From an uncultured bacterium (GTDB lineage: Bacteria; Patescibacteriota; Minisyncoccia; UBA6257; 2-01-FULL-56-20): a stretch of 64,000 nucleotides of DNA. Made by a program: the position numbers and the translations under genes. Shown here one piece after another: positions 10,078 to 20,145 of the stretch (within the stretch, counting starts at the first letter, position 1; each line of letters begins with the position of its first letter). The stretch spans positions 71,888 through 135,887 of the forward strand of contig OY970382.1 in NCBI GenBank assembly GCA_963719425.1, in the 5' to 3' direction. Below the pieces are notes generated by a model. That model was not told the DNA's origin. It saw nothing but the letters and a program-made list of their open reading frames with translations, and ran no database searches.

Positions 10078-10608
10078 ATGGACATCATAGGGATTTTGAA
10101 TTATCTCGGCATAACGCATGACAGGGCGCTTCCCTTTGCCATACTCATAGTGGCGATGGTTTATATTAGCTATGCTTTTACCGCGCCGATAAAACGATCT
10201 GTCTCAAAAATATCCAACGCGATATTGGAAATACAGACGATATTCCATCAGGATGGCGTGGATTTGAAATGCCATCTTGCGGAAGGAACAGGCAGCCCAT
10301 TGCGACCCACTCATTATGGGAAACAACTCATCGTGGAGAGCGGCCTGGAAACCATCTTGAATGACAAGAAGGATTTTTTGAGGACGGTGTTGACCAAGAA
10401 ACTTCCGGAGAACTATACGGAATACGACGTGCAAGAGAAAGCCCGCGAGCTTTTGATTGCGTTGAAAAGAGATCCATTGATGAATCCCGTCAAAACATAT
10501 GCGTACGAAAATGGAAAAGACATAGATATTATTTTGCGGATCGGAGGCCTGTGGCTGAGGGATGATTTTATCGGACAGGAAAGGAAGATAGTGCCCGAAA
10601 AAGGATAG
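10078..10608 (+). CDS. Hypothetical membrane-anchored protein
   Basis: ORF with N-terminal TM helix and an SPLRPT.YG segment; ATG 7 nt after TATAAT. Confidence 0.7.
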   Translation: MDIIGILNYLGITHDRALPFAILIVAMVYISYAFTAPIKRSVSKISNAILEIQTIFHQDGVDLKCHLAEGTGSPLRPTHYGKQLIVESGLETILNDKKDFLRTVLTKKLPENYTEYDVQEKARELLIALKRDPLMNPVKTYAYENGKDIDIILRIGGLWLRDDFIGQERKIVPEKG

Positions 10609-10614
10609 GGCGGT

Positions 10615-10647
10615 TTTAACAATTTTTTAATGTGCCGTGAGTATAAT
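10615..10647 (+). promoter_or_regulatory. TTTAA-N6-TTTAA direct repeat plus TATAAT -10 box (hicBA promoter)
   Basis: TTTAA at 10615 and 10626, then an 11-nt gap to TATAAT 10642-10647. Confidence 0.6.
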
Positions 10648-10684
10648 GCTTTGCAAAGGTCGCAAAGCAGGCGTTGTTATTTTT

Positions 10685-10936
10685 ATGGATACGCATACAA
10701 TGGAATGTGTGAAGACAAAATATAAATTCCCTTACATAATTGAACCGGACGAAGGCGGGTTTTATGCTACCTGCCCGGCCCTCAAAGGGTGTTCCACGCA
10801 GGGCGATACGTATGAAGAGGCACTCGCAAATATCAAAGAAGCAATCGAGGGCTATTTAGAGTGTCTTAAAAATAACGGAGAAGAAATTCCAACATCGTCA
10901 CATCATGGCTTGCCTACGGTAGAGATCGCCGTCTGA
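10685..10936 (+). CDS. hicB: HicB-family antitoxin (short, no DNA-binding domain)
   Basis: IIEPDEGGFYATCPALKGCSTQGDTYEEALANIKEAI. Confidence 0.9.
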   Translation: MDTHTMECVKTKYKFPYIIEPDEGGFYATCPALKGCSTQGDTYEEALANIKEAIEGYLECLKNNGEEIPTSSHHGLPTVEIAV

Positions 10937-10939
10937 TCT

Positions 10940-11146
10940 ATGCCAAAACTTCCCCGCCTCACCGCACGACAAATAGCGGCTCGGTTAGAAGCGTGCAGGT
11001 TTTCGCTTTCGCATCAGCGCGGGAGCCATAGATTTTATCGTGATGCCGCCGGAAGATTAGTGACCGTCCCATTCCATGGCTCGCGCATCATCTGTCCCAA
11101 AACGCTGAAAGACATCATGCGCCAGGCTGGCATCGCCGAATGGTGA
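10940..11146 (+). CDS. hicA: HicA-family toxin
   Basis: F...QRGSH..Y......VTVPFH......TLKDIMRQAG. Confidence 0.9.
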   Translation: MPKLPRLTARQIAARLEACRFSLSHQRGSHRFYRDAAGRLVTVPFHGSRIICPKTLKDIMRQAGIAEW

Positions 11147-11167
11147 AGCTTTGCAATTCCGCCGGTT

Positions 11168-13020
11168 TTATCTTAACTTTGAGATACATGGAATCAGCCG
11201 AAATCCGCAGGAAATTTCTAAAGTTTTTTGAGGAACGCGGGCATGTTGTGATGCCGTCGTCGTCCTTGATCCCAGACGACCCGTCAGTTCTCTTCACGAC
11301 CGCCGGCATGCAGCAGTTCAAGAAATACTATACGGGCGAGTTGGATGCCCGGAAGGATTTTCGTCTGTCCGACGGCACGCCGGCAAAAGGCATCGTTTCC
11401 ATCCAAAAATGTTTTCGCACCTCCGATATTGACGAAGTGGGCGATGCATCACACCTCACCTTCTTTGAGATGCTCGGCAACTTCAGCTTCGGCGGCTACG
11501 GAAAAAAAGAGGCGATTCGATATGCGCATGAATTTATCACTAAAGAAATGGAGCTTGCGATTGATTATGTGTCGGTCTTTGAAGGCGACCGCGACGTGCC
11601 AGCGGACGAAGAATCGGAGAAGATGTGGAAATTGCTTGATCCAAAGATCAAGATTGAACGGCATGGTCGTGAAGACAATTTCTGGGGTCCGACCGGCCCC
11701 GAGGGCCCCTGCGGCCCTACGGTGGAGATTTATGTGAAAAATGGCACGGGGAAGAGCATAGAGGTTTGGAACCTCGTTTTCAATCAATGCTACCGGCACG
11801 CGGACGGACGGCTCGCGCCGCTCAAGACGCTGGGCATTGACACCGGCATGGGCCTTGAGCGCCTTGCGATGGTCGTACAAAAAGCGCCCACAATTTTTGA
11901 GACGGATTTGTTTGCGCGGGTGATGCAAACGTTGCCGGCGGGAATTTCACCGATGGAAAAGAGAATCATTGGCGACCATAGTAGAGGGATTGTATTTTTA
12001 GTCGCGGATTGCGTTCGGCCGTCTAATAAGGGAGTTGGTTATGTGCTAAGAAGGTTGCTGAGGCGCTTGCTGAGGTATGAGGGGGAAAAGGTTATTTCTA
12101 AAGAGCTGTTTGAGAATCTTGCGACATCAATGAGCGATTACTATGGGAGATTTTACGGAGGACTCGATGGCAGGGAGGTTCTTGAGGTTATTAAGGCCGA
12201 GAGAGAAAAGTTCTCAACAAATCTTAAAAGTGCTACAAAGAACTTTATTAAAATTGCAGGCGAATACGATTTATACAGCGGCAGTCCAACAGAGATGGTA
12301 TGGAGAAAAAAGTATCAAAACGCCACTATTGCCAGTTTTATTTTCAAGATGTACGAGAGTTGCGGAAGTCCGTTTGAAATGACGGTGGATATGTTGAGGC
12401 CACACATGGAGGATTTCAATGAAGATAATTTGAAGGCAGTCCGCACCCTTTTTGATGAGAGGTTCAAAAAGCACCAGGAAATCTCCCGCGCGGGGGCGGA
12501 GAAAAAGTTCGGCGGACACGGGTTGGTTTTGGACACGGGCGAACTCAAAGCGGGAAGCGAAGAGGAGATGAAAAAAGTGCTGCGCCTGCACACGGCGACG
12601 CACTTGCTCCAGCAGGCGCTCCGCGAGGTGCTCGGCCCCGAGGTGCATCAGATGGGATCGGACATCACCCCCCTGCGCACGCGCTTTGACTTTTCCTTCC
12701 CGCGCAAAATGACGCCCGAGGAGGTTAAAAAAACAGAGGAGATCGTGAATCAAAAGATAAAGGAGGACTTGCCGGTGGGATTCAAGGAAATGCCGAAAAA
12801 CGAGGCGGAAAAACTGGGCGCACTGCACTTCTTCAAAGAGAAATATCCCGAGAGGGTGAAAGTGTATTACGTGGGCCGCGACTTCACACACGCATGGAGC
12901 AAGGAGTTCTGCGGCGGACCGCACGTCGCGCATACGGGAGAGATTGGCCATTTCAGAATTGTGAAGGAAGAAGCGGTTGGCGCCGGCATCCGGCGCATCC
13001 GCGGGACGTTGGATAATTGA
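11168..13020 (+). CDS. alaS: Alanine--tRNA ligase (short form lacking the C-Ala domain)
   Basis: LFTTAGMQQFK, HLTFFEMLGNFS, IDTGMGLER, HTATHLL and EFCGGPHV editing motifs. Confidence 0.96.
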
Positions 13021-13073
13021 GATTACAGGAAGCGTTGCTTAACAAGTTCCGGCTTGGGCGCTAGAATGAAACC

Positions 13074-14267
13074 GTGAACCTGGATTTCTTCCGGCCGCGG
13101 GAAAAGTTTTTGATATTGGAGATCACGCCCACAGGCACGAACGGATTGTTTTTAAGCGTGGACGAGGGCCGGAATGTCGCGGTGGAAAAATTTGTAAGGC
13201 AGGACAATCTCAAAAAATTTCTGAGGACGCCCGCGCGGCGCATTTCCGAAACAACATGGGAAGGGGAACACCTCTTCCGTTCGCGGCGGCGCGTGGTTGC
13301 GGTGGCGGATGCAGCACTCGCGACTACGATCCCCATCCCTCTTGCGCTTCCCCGCGAGCGCGCAAACGCGAAGACGAAACTCACGATCGCGGAACTTGAA
13401 AATCTGATTGCGCAGGCGATGGCAAAGATTTTCAACGGTTGCCGGAGTGAGGCGGCGAAGCGGTTCGGGGTGGACGAGTTAGATGCGATTCTCGTCGGCG
13501 CGCATGCGAAGCATTTCACAGTGGACAGAAAGACGCATGCGAGCCCCGTGGGCGCAACAGGAAAGAAAATCTCGCTGCTTTTGGAACTTACCTTTACGAC
13601 GCGCGCGATTTTTGAAGATCTTAGGCCACTCTTCAATGCCCCGGAAGGATTCTTCTTTGGAGAAGCTCCACAGGCGCACCTCCGGGCGCTCGCGCGCATG
13701 CGCCCGCTGCCGCTCAACATAATCGCGGCGGACGGCGAAGGCGCTTCGCTCTACGTGTTTGAACGACCAAACGGGAATTACGCGGTGCTCTATCGCGAGA
13801 AGTTGGATTGGTCCTTTTCGTCGCTCATCAAAAAAGTGGTGGAAGCCCTTGCGGTGACGGAAGCAGCCGCGCAAGAGCTCTATTGCCGTTATCATAAAAA
13901 AGAAATGTCGGCGCATGCGGCGCGCGCGTTCAAGCGCATCGTGGAACCGCCGCTGCGCAATTTTCTGGAAACGATAAAAAAGAAAAGAATCAAAGGAACA
14001 ACGTATGTGGACATGCCGCATGCATTGCCGTTCACATTGCCCCACAAACACGGTAAGGCGACACTAGAGGAGTATCCCGTGGAAGAGTTGATTGGAAAAT
14101 TCGGGTTCAATCTTTCCGGGGAAGCGCGGGGGAGGGTGCGGGAAGAGGGCGAAGGCGGACGCGCCATCCTGCGGTCGCTTTTCTACTTCATAGAAGCTTA
14201 TAGTGACGAGGACCGATCTATCATCAACCAAAAGCTCCGACGCCGGCTTCATTGGCTTGTGGAGTGA
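13074..14267 (+). CDS. Hypothetical protein, possibly degenerate FtsA/actin-like fold
   Basis: 397-aa ORF with GTG start 6 nt after TAGAAT; the family call rests on weak resemblance and position before the baseplate-J-like gene. Confidence 0.5.
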   Translation: MNLDFFRPREKFLILEITPTGTNGLFLSVDEGRNVAVEKFVRQDNLKKFLRTPARRISETTWEGEHLFRSRRRVVAVADAALATTIPIPLALPRERANAKTKLTIAELENLIAQAMAKIFNGCRSEAAKRFGVDELDAILVGAHAKHFTVDRKTHASPVGATGKKISLLLELTFTTRAIFEDLRPLFNAPEGFFFGEAPQAHLRALARMRPLPLNIIAADGEGASLYVFERPNGNYAVLYREKLDWSFSSLIKKVVEALAVTEAAAQELYCRYHKKEMSAHAARAFKRIVEPPLRNFLETIKKKRIKGTTYVDMPHALPFTLPHKHGKATLEEYPVEELIGKFGFNLSGEARGRVREEGEGGRAILRSLFYFIEAYSDEDRSIINQKLRRRLHWLVE

Positions 14268-14280
14268 CGCTATACAGGCT

Positions 14281-14331
14281 GCCATGCCTCTTTTTCTCCT
14301 CCGAAGACGAAGTCGCAAAAAGAGGCATGGC
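14281..14331. terminator. Bidirectional terminator-like hairpin
   Basis: gccatgcctcttttt / aaaaagaggcatggc, 15-bp inverted repeat. Confidence 0.6.
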
Positions 14332-14374
14332 GACCTGCCGGAAATGTGATATACTTTTTATAACTTGTGTCCCA

Positions 14375-16075
14375 ATGAAAAAATTAGCCGTTCTTAAAGA
14401 GGAGGGCGTTGCAGAGGTCATTGACCGCGTCCTTGATGAACCAGACGAGGAGATTGTGCTTGTTGTCCCGACTGGGTCCGCGCTCGGGCATTCGGTACGC
14501 AATTTCCACCTTTTGAAGCGCGAGGCCTCCGCGGAGGGAAAAACGGTGGTCATAGAATCCGTGGATGAGACGATTCTCGCCTTTGCGAAAGAAAGTGGTC
14601 TTGAAGGAAGCCATCCGCTCTGGCGCGGCGTGCGTGGCGCAGGCGGCGTTTCGGATATTGTTCCGGTAAGCGAGGAAATAGAAGAAACGGAAGAAACGGA
14701 AGAAACGCAACCGCCGAAAAGGCGCGGCAGGAAAAAAACGGAAGGGACAAGGCTCGTTGTGCACGAGGAGCCGTCCGTGGGCGAGGATGAGTCCGCTGAG
14801 GGCGAGATCGCAGAGGAAGCGGTCGCCATTGAGGAAGCGGAGCACAGGTTTTTCAAAAAAAGGAGCCCTACGGAACTTGCGGAACTGTCCGGATCAGAAG
14901 AGGAGAGAGAAGTGGAAAAAAGGGCTCGCCGATGGCTGCCTCGCAGATTCGTTTTTTGGGGGCCGGGCGTGGTTGTCCTTATCCTCATTATCCTTGGTGT
15001 GATGACGTGGTATTTCGGGCGCGTGAGCATTGCCATTGATTTCCAAAAAACGCCATGGATCTATAGCGGCGCTTTCGTGGCAGATAAGTCCGTTACGACA
15101 ACAACGCAAAAAGCGGGCGTAATCACGATTCCGGCGCAGATATTCTCCGCGCAAAAGAATACTACCCAACTTTTCCCGGCGTCCGGCAACGCGAATGTTT
15201 CCATAAAAGCGCAGGGAACCGTCACGATCTACAATGCCTATAGTTCTTCAAAGCAGGATCTTGTGGCTGCCACGCGTTTTGTGACGCCGGACGGGAAATT
15301 GTTCCGGCTTGTGAACGGCGTCACCGTGCCGGGCGCACAGGTGACGAATGGTGCGATTGTACCATCATCCATTGATGCGCAGGTCGTTGCCGATCAGCCT
15401 GGGGCTGACTATAACGTGGGCCCTGTGGACAAATTGACCATACCGGGTTTCCAAGGTTCTCCGAAGTATGACGCGTTCTACGGTCAGTTGAAGAATGGAA
15501 CGAGCGGCGGCTTTGTGGGGGCGAAAGCGGTGCCGACCGCGGCGGACATCGCGAGCGCAAAAACGAAGGTGACGAGTCTTCTGCAGGCGAGCCTCGCAAA
15601 CAACCCTACGACAAACTACCCCAGTATTAAAATTCCGGACGGGGCAACAAATATCATCGTAACAAAGCTCACGGCGAACACTTCAACGGACAGCAACGGC
15701 AATTTCAGCGTCTTCGGCGAGGCTTCGCTCCAGGCGGTCGGTTTTAACGAATCGGTGCTCAAGGCGTATCTCCTTGCACAAGCGCAGGCGCAAGAAGCAA
15801 GCTCAACTCTCAGTTCGTCCACACTAGAGTACAGTGGAGTAAAGGCGGACTTTACGAAAGGTACGGTCAGTTTTTCGGTCACGGGGCAGGGAGCGCTTGA
15901 ACCCACGTTTGATGAGGATGCATTCAAGGCAAGTATTGCGGGAAAGAGCATTAATGATGCCCGCCAAGCGATTGCGGCGCTCCCTGGGCTTGCAGACGGC
16001 AAGATTTCCGCATGGCCCATGTGGCTCTGGAACATCCCCTCGGATCCCAATAAGATAAAATTGACCGTGGACTGA
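14375..16075 (+). CDS. Membrane-anchored baseplate J/gp47-like protein (CPR type)
   Basis: NFHLLKREA...GK.V.I N-terminal domain, acidic linker, TM helix, KAQGTVTIYN...TRF.TPDG..F...V.VPG, ADQPG.DYNVGP, SGGF. Confidence 0.75.
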   Translation: MKKLAVLKEEGVAEVIDRVLDEPDEEIVLVVPTGSALGHSVRNFHLLKREASAEGKTVVIESVDETILAFAKESGLEGSHPLWRGVRGAGGVSDIVPVSEEIEETEETEETQPPKRRGRKKTEGTRLVVHEEPSVGEDESAEGEIAEEAVAIEEAEHRFFKKRSPTELAELSGSEEEREVEKRARRWLPRRFVFWGPGVVVLILIILGVMTWYFGRVSIAIDFQKTPWIYSGAFVADKSVTTTTQKAGVITIPAQIFSAQKNTTQLFPASGNANVSIKAQGTVTIYNAYSSSKQDLVAATRFVTPDGKLFRLVNGVTVPGAQVTNGAIVPSSIDAQVVADQPGADYNVGPVDKLTIPGFQGSPKYDAFYGQLKNGTSGGFVGAKAVPTAADIASAKTKVTSLLQASLANNPTTNYPSIKIPDGATNIIVTKLTANTSTDSNGNFSVFGEASLQAVGFNESVLKAYLLAQAQAQEASSTLSSSTLEYSGVKADFTKGTVSFSVTGQGALEPTFDEDAFKASIAGKSINDARQAIAALPGLADGKISAWPMWLWNIPSDPNKIKLTVD

Positions 16076-16156
16076 AGGTTTGACACAAAATGAAGGAAAG
16101 CGCTATAATCGTTCCGTTGCGTCTACTATGAGCCTGAGCTCGGTTTTTATTTGGGA

Positions 16157-16363
16157 ATGACGGAAGGCGCGAAGGAAGGAAGAGTCCTGGAAGCCTTGCC
16201 GAGCTTGATGTTCCGGGTACAGCTCGCGGGAAGTGAAGCGCCCGTTCTCGCGCACCTCGCGGGAAAGATGAAGATGCACAACATCCGGGTTCTTCCCGGC
16301 GATCGGGTGCTCGTCACGCTTTCTCCCGATGGCACGCGAGGGCGTATCGTACGCCGGCTCTAG
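16157..16363 (+). CDS. infA: Translation initiation factor IF-1
   Basis: [12 protein letters not shown]...[21 protein letters not shown]. Confidence 0.96.
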   Translation: MTEGAKEGRVLEALPSLMFRVQLAGSEAPVLAHLAGKMKMHNIRVLPGDRVLVTLSPDGTRGRIVRRL

Positions 16364-16394
16364 GCGTGGCATGGTACCAATGTGCACGCTATCT

Positions 16395-16508
16395 ATGAAA
16401 GTGCGAAGTTCGGTAAAAAAAATATGTGCGAGTTGCCAGGTCGTCAAACGCCGCGGCAAGGTTTATATTGTGTGCAAAAATCCGAAACATAAACAGCGGC
16501 AGGGCTAA
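16395..16508 (+). CDS. rpmJ: 50S ribosomal protein L36 (not in ORF track)
   Basis: Translates to [37 protein letters not shown]. Confidence 0.97.
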   Translation: MKVRSSVKKICASCQVVKRRGKVYIVCKNPKHKQRQG

Positions 16509-16521
16509 TCCTGTTTTTCTC

Positions 16522-16905
16522 ATGCGTATTCTTGGCGTTAACATTCCAGACAATAAGAGAACGGAAATCGCGCTTACCTACCTCTACGGCATCGGGCGGT
16601 CTTTGAGCGCGAAAACGCTTGCGGCGGCAAAGGTAGACGGAGGGAAGCGTGCGAAGGATCTCACCGCCGACGAGGTTGCGCGCATCCAGGGCTTCATAGA
16701 AAAGAATTTTCTGGTGGAGGGAATGCTTCGCCAGCGTATCAAGACCAACATCAGCCGGCTGAAAGATCTGCAGACCTATCGCGGGTTGCGGCATCTTCGC
16801 CGGCTGCCCGTCCGCGGCCAGCGCACGCGCACAAATTCCCGCACCGTGCGCGGGAACGTACGAAAGACCGCCGGCAGCGGTAAGAGAAAGGTTGAGCTCA
16901 AGTAA
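16522..16905 (+). CDS. rpsM: 30S ribosomal protein S13
   Basis: RILGVNIP.NKR...ALTYLYGIG; YRGLRH...LPVRGQRTRTN. Confidence 0.97.
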   Translation: MRILGVNIPDNKRTEIALTYLYGIGRSLSAKTLAAAKVDGGKRAKDLTADEVARIQGFIEKNFLVEGMLRQRIKTNISRLKDLQTYRGLRHLRRLPVRGQRTRTNSRTVRGNVRKTAGSGKRKVELK

Positions 16906-16910
16906 CGCCC

Positions 16911-17366
16911 ATGGGAAAGAAGAAAATCACAACGCCGGCGACGGAAGAAGCCCAGAAGACGCAAGCAGGGGCGGATTCGGCTGCGGCAAAGGCGGCGGCT
17001 CCCGCGAAGCGCGCGAAGAAGGTCGCGCAAGGGCGGGTATATATCAATGCTTCCTACAATAACACGACGATTACGGTAACCGACGAACAGGGCGACGTGC
17101 TTGCCTGGGCATCGGCGGGTTCGCTTGGTTTCTCCGGACCGAAGAAGGCGACGCCGTTCGCTTCGTCAAAAGTGATCGCCGCGATCGCCGAAAAGATCCA
17201 GGCAACAGGCCCTGCGGATATCCATGTAATCGTAAAGGGCATTGGCTCCGGCCGCGATTCGGCCATCCGATCGCTCATCAACCAGGGATTTAACATTCTT
17301 TCCATTAAAGATGCCACGCCGATCCCACATAACGGGCCTCGTCCGCCCAAAGTCCGCCGCGTCTAG
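16911..17366 (+). CDS. rpsK: 30S ribosomal protein S11
   Basis: ASYNNT..TVTD..G..LAWASAG; D.TPIPHNG.RPPK.RRV. Confidence 0.97.
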   Translation: MGKKKITTPATEEAQKTQAGADSAAAKAAAPAKRAKKVAQGRVYINASYNNTTITVTDEQGDVLAWASAGSLGFSGPKKATPFASSKVIAAIAEKIQATGPADIHVIVKGIGSGRDSAIRSLINQGFNILSIKDATPIPHNGPRPPKVRRV

Positions 17367-17374
17367 AAATTTCC

Positions 17375-17992
17375 ATGATCGGTCCCAAAGAAAAAAAAGA
17401 ACGGGCGTTGGGCACTCACCTTGGGCTCAAGGGCGATCGCGGCATGTCGCCGAAGTCCGCGGTCCTGCGGAAACCTTACCGTCCCGGCGTGCATGGCCCG
17501 CGCTCGCGGCCCCGGGCGCTTTCGGAGTTCGGCCTCCAGATCCGCGAGAAGCGGAAATTCAAGCTGAGCTACGGCGTTGATGAACGCGGGTTGAAGCGGC
17601 TTTTCAAGATGGCACTCGCGGCCAAGGGCGCTTCCGGCGGAAAGATGCTAGAGTTCCTTGAGAGCCGCCTGGACAACGTGGTCTACCGCCTTGGTTTCGC
17701 TCCTACGAGGCTCGCCGCGCGGCAGCTTGTCGTCCACAGCCATATCGCGGTCAACAAAAAAAAGGTGCGGTCGCCGGGCTTCATGGTCAAAAAAGGGGAC
17801 ATTGTCGCCGTGCGCGAAGGTTCGGAGATGAACGTAGCGATCGCAAAGCGGAGGGAATTGCTCAAAAAGTACGATCCGCCTTCCTGGCTTTCACTCCATC
17901 CGGAAAAGATGGAAGGCACGGTGCTTTCCCCGCCGGTAGATTTGGACATTCCTTTTGAAATAAACCTTTTGGTCGAATCATTCTCAAAATAA
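17375..17992 (+). CDS. rpsD: 30S ribosomal protein S4
   Basis: PGVHG, LESRLDNVVYRLGFA..R.AARQLV.H. Confidence 0.97.
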   Translation: MIGPKEKKERALGTHLGLKGDRGMSPKSAVLRKPYRPGVHGPRSRPRALSEFGLQIREKRKFKLSYGVDERGLKRLFKMALAAKGASGGKMLEFLESRLDNVVYRLGFAPTRLAARQLVVHSHIAVNKKKVRSPGFMVKKGDIVAVREGSEMNVAIAKRRELLKKYDPPSWLSLHPEKMEGTVLSPPVDLDIPFEINLLVESFSK

Positions 17993-17997
17993 AAATT

Positions 17998-18780
17998 ATG
18001 GAATACGCGTACTTAAGCTCAACCGTTTCTATAAAAACCGTCTCCGAGGATGCGAAGAACGGCGTATTTGAGGTGGAAGGCCTTTTCGCCGGTTACGGGC
18101 TTACCATGGGGAACGCCTTGCGCAGGGTGCTCCTTTCATCCCTTCCGGGCGCAGCGGTTACGGAGATCAAAATCAAGGGCGTGCCGCACGAATTTTCCAC
18201 CTTGCCTGGCGTTAAGGAAGACGTGGTAGAGCTCATGCTCAACTTTAAGAAGCTCCGTTTTCGCCTGCACGTGGATGAGCCGCAGACGCTTGCCTTGAAG
18301 GTAAAGGGCGGGCGGATGGTCACCGGAAACGACATTGCGCTGAATTCCAGCGTGGAATTGATGAATCCTGATGAGGCGCTTGCGACGCTCACGGCGGATG
18401 ATGCGGAGCTTGATATGGAAGTAAAAGTGGAACGCGGTCTCGGCTATGTGCCCGTGGAGGCCAGAAAAACCGAAGGGCGCCTTGCCATCGGCACGATCGC
18501 GATAGATGCGATCTTCACGCCCGTCACGCGCGTGAACTACACCGTGGAAGACATGCGCGTGGGCGATCGGACGGACTACAACCGCCTGCGCCTTGAGATT
18601 GAAACCGACGGCACCGTAAGTCCTTCTTCGGCGCTCCACAAAGCGGCGAACGTTTTGAGAGACCACTCTGAAAAAGTGGCGGCGGTCGCCGTCGCGGAAT
18701 TTGAGACGCCGAAGGCCGCATCCGCATCGCATGCCGAACCGAAAAAGAAAAGTCGTTCAAAGAAAGCGAGCGAAAAATAG
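17998..18780 (+). CDS. rpoA: RNA polymerase alpha subunit (no alpha-CTD)
   Basis: GYGLTMGNALRRVLLSSLPG, HEFSTLPGVKEDV, IDAIFTPV; ends at 260 aa with a Lys-rich tail. Confidence 0.96.
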   Translation: MEYAYLSSTVSIKTVSEDAKNGVFEVEGLFAGYGLTMGNALRRVLLSSLPGAAVTEIKIKGVPHEFSTLPGVKEDVVELMLNFKKLRFRLHVDEPQTLALKVKGGRMVTGNDIALNSSVELMNPDEALATLTADDAELDMEVKVERGLGYVPVEARKTEGRLAIGTIAIDAIFTPVTRVNYTVEDMRVGDRTDYNRLRLEIETDGTVSPSSALHKAANVLRDHSEKVAAVAVAEFETPKAASASHAEPKKKSRSKKASEK

Positions 18781-18792
18781 CCGAGGAATTCC

Positions 18793-19146
18793 ATGCGTCA
18801 CTTGAAGAAAGGGAAAAAATTTGGTCGTTTGCGCGGCGCGCGGATCACTTTCATACGCAATTTGGCAAACGACCTCATCCGCGCGGGGCGCGTCACAACG
18901 ACGGAAGCCCGCGCGAAGGCGATCCGCCCGCAGGTGGAGCGTTTGGTCACGTTCGCAAAGAAGCAGACGCTTGCCGCCCGCCGCGAACTTTTAAGTCGCG
19001 TGCATAACGAAAAGATCGTGAACAAGCTTTATCACGATCTTGGGCCGCGCTACGCCGAGCGCCATGGCGGATATCTTCGTATCACAAAACTTGCAAAGAG
19101 CCGCAAACGGGACGGTTCGCGCTTGGCGCGGATTGAATTTGTATAA
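18793..19146 (+). CDS. rplQ: 50S ribosomal protein L17
   Basis: MRHLKKGKKFGR; TTEARAKA; R.GGYLRITK. Confidence 0.97.
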   Translation: MRHLKKGKKFGRLRGARITFIRNLANDLIRAGRVTTTEARAKAIRPQVERLVTFAKKQTLAARRELLSRVHNEKIVNKLYHDLGPRYAERHGGYLRITKLAKSRKRDGSRLARIEFV

Positions 19147-19157
19147 TAAGCATTCCT

Positions 19158-19505
19158 ATGGATTATCACATTGACGCAAAAAACAAGGCATTGGGGCGCG
19201 TGGCATCGGAGATCGCACTCATGCTCCAGGGCAAGAAAAGCGCTTCCTACGTGCGGAACCGCGTTTCGGGCGACAAGGTATACGTGAAGAATTATAAGGA
19301 CATCATGGTGACCGGCGCGAAGCGCACGCAGAAGATCTATTACCGCCACACGGGCTACGTGGGGCACCTGAAGGAGCTTACGTTTGAACAGAAGTTTGCG
19401 AAGGATCCGAAGTCGGTCCTCCGCCATGCGGTCCGCAAAATGCTTCCCCGGAACTTCTTGACGCAGAAAAGGTTGAACAATTTGATTTTCGTGGATTCCG
19501 AATAA
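19158..19505 (+). CDS. rplM: 50S ribosomal protein L13
   Basis: IDA..K.LGR.AS.IA..L.GK; YYRHTGY.G; AV..MLP.N. Confidence 0.96.
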   Translation: MDYHIDAKNKALGRVASEIALMLQGKKSASYVRNRVSGDKVYVKNYKDIMVTGAKRTQKIYYRHTGYVGHLKELTFEQKFAKDPKSVLRHAVRKMLPRNFLTQKRLNNLIFVDSE

Positions 19506-19506
19506 T

Positions 19507-20046
19507 ATGGCCGCAGAAAAAGAAACCAAGCATACTGCATCGCACGCCGCGCCGCGCGCGCATCGGGCACCCGCAGCGGCAACGCGTACGGCCGCTCTGC
19601 GCTCGGCGCACGCCGTTGCTGCCGCCGTGCATGGTTCCCGCCCAACACACGCTGCTCCCCAGGGACGTTACAGCGAGGCCATCGGCCGCAGGAAGACCGC
19701 TGTTGCGCGCGTGCGGATCATAGCTGGCAAAGGAAATGTGACCGTGAACGGCCGAGAGCCAACACAATATTTCGTGCTGCCGCGGCTTCTTGCAATCGCA
19801 CTCGCCCCGCTTCGCGAACTGAAGCTTGATGATGTTGATGTGAGCGTGAAGATCGGGGGTGGTGGCATAAGCGCCCAGGCCGAAGCCGTGCGCCACGGCA
19901 TCTCCCGCGCGATCGTTGTCCGGACGTCCGAATGGAAACCGCGCCTCCGCGCATTGGGTTACCTCACCCGCGACTCCCGTATGGTGGAGCGCAAGAAATA
20001 CGGTTTGAAAAAAGCGCGCAGAGCTCCGCAGTGGGCGAAGCGCTAA
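19507..20046 (+). CDS. rpsI: 30S ribosomal protein S9
   Basis: GRRKTAVARV; GGGISAQA.A.RHGI.RA; ERKKYGLKKAR.APQW.KR. Confidence 0.97.
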   Translation: MAAEKETKHTASHAAPRAHRAPAAATRTAALRSAHAVAAAVHGSRPTHAAPQGRYSEAIGRRKTAVARVRIIAGKGNVTVNGREPTQYFVLPRLLAIALAPLRELKLDDVDVSVKIGGGGISAQAEAVRHGISRAIVVRTSEWKPRLRALGYLTRDSRMVERKKYGLKKARRAPQWAKR

Positions 20047-20145
20047 GCTCGCGTTTAGAACCACGAACTTTACGAACTATAGCTCAACAAAAGCTTCGGC
20101 GACAACCATGTGTTCAAAATATGACTATCGGTGTATAATAGCTCT

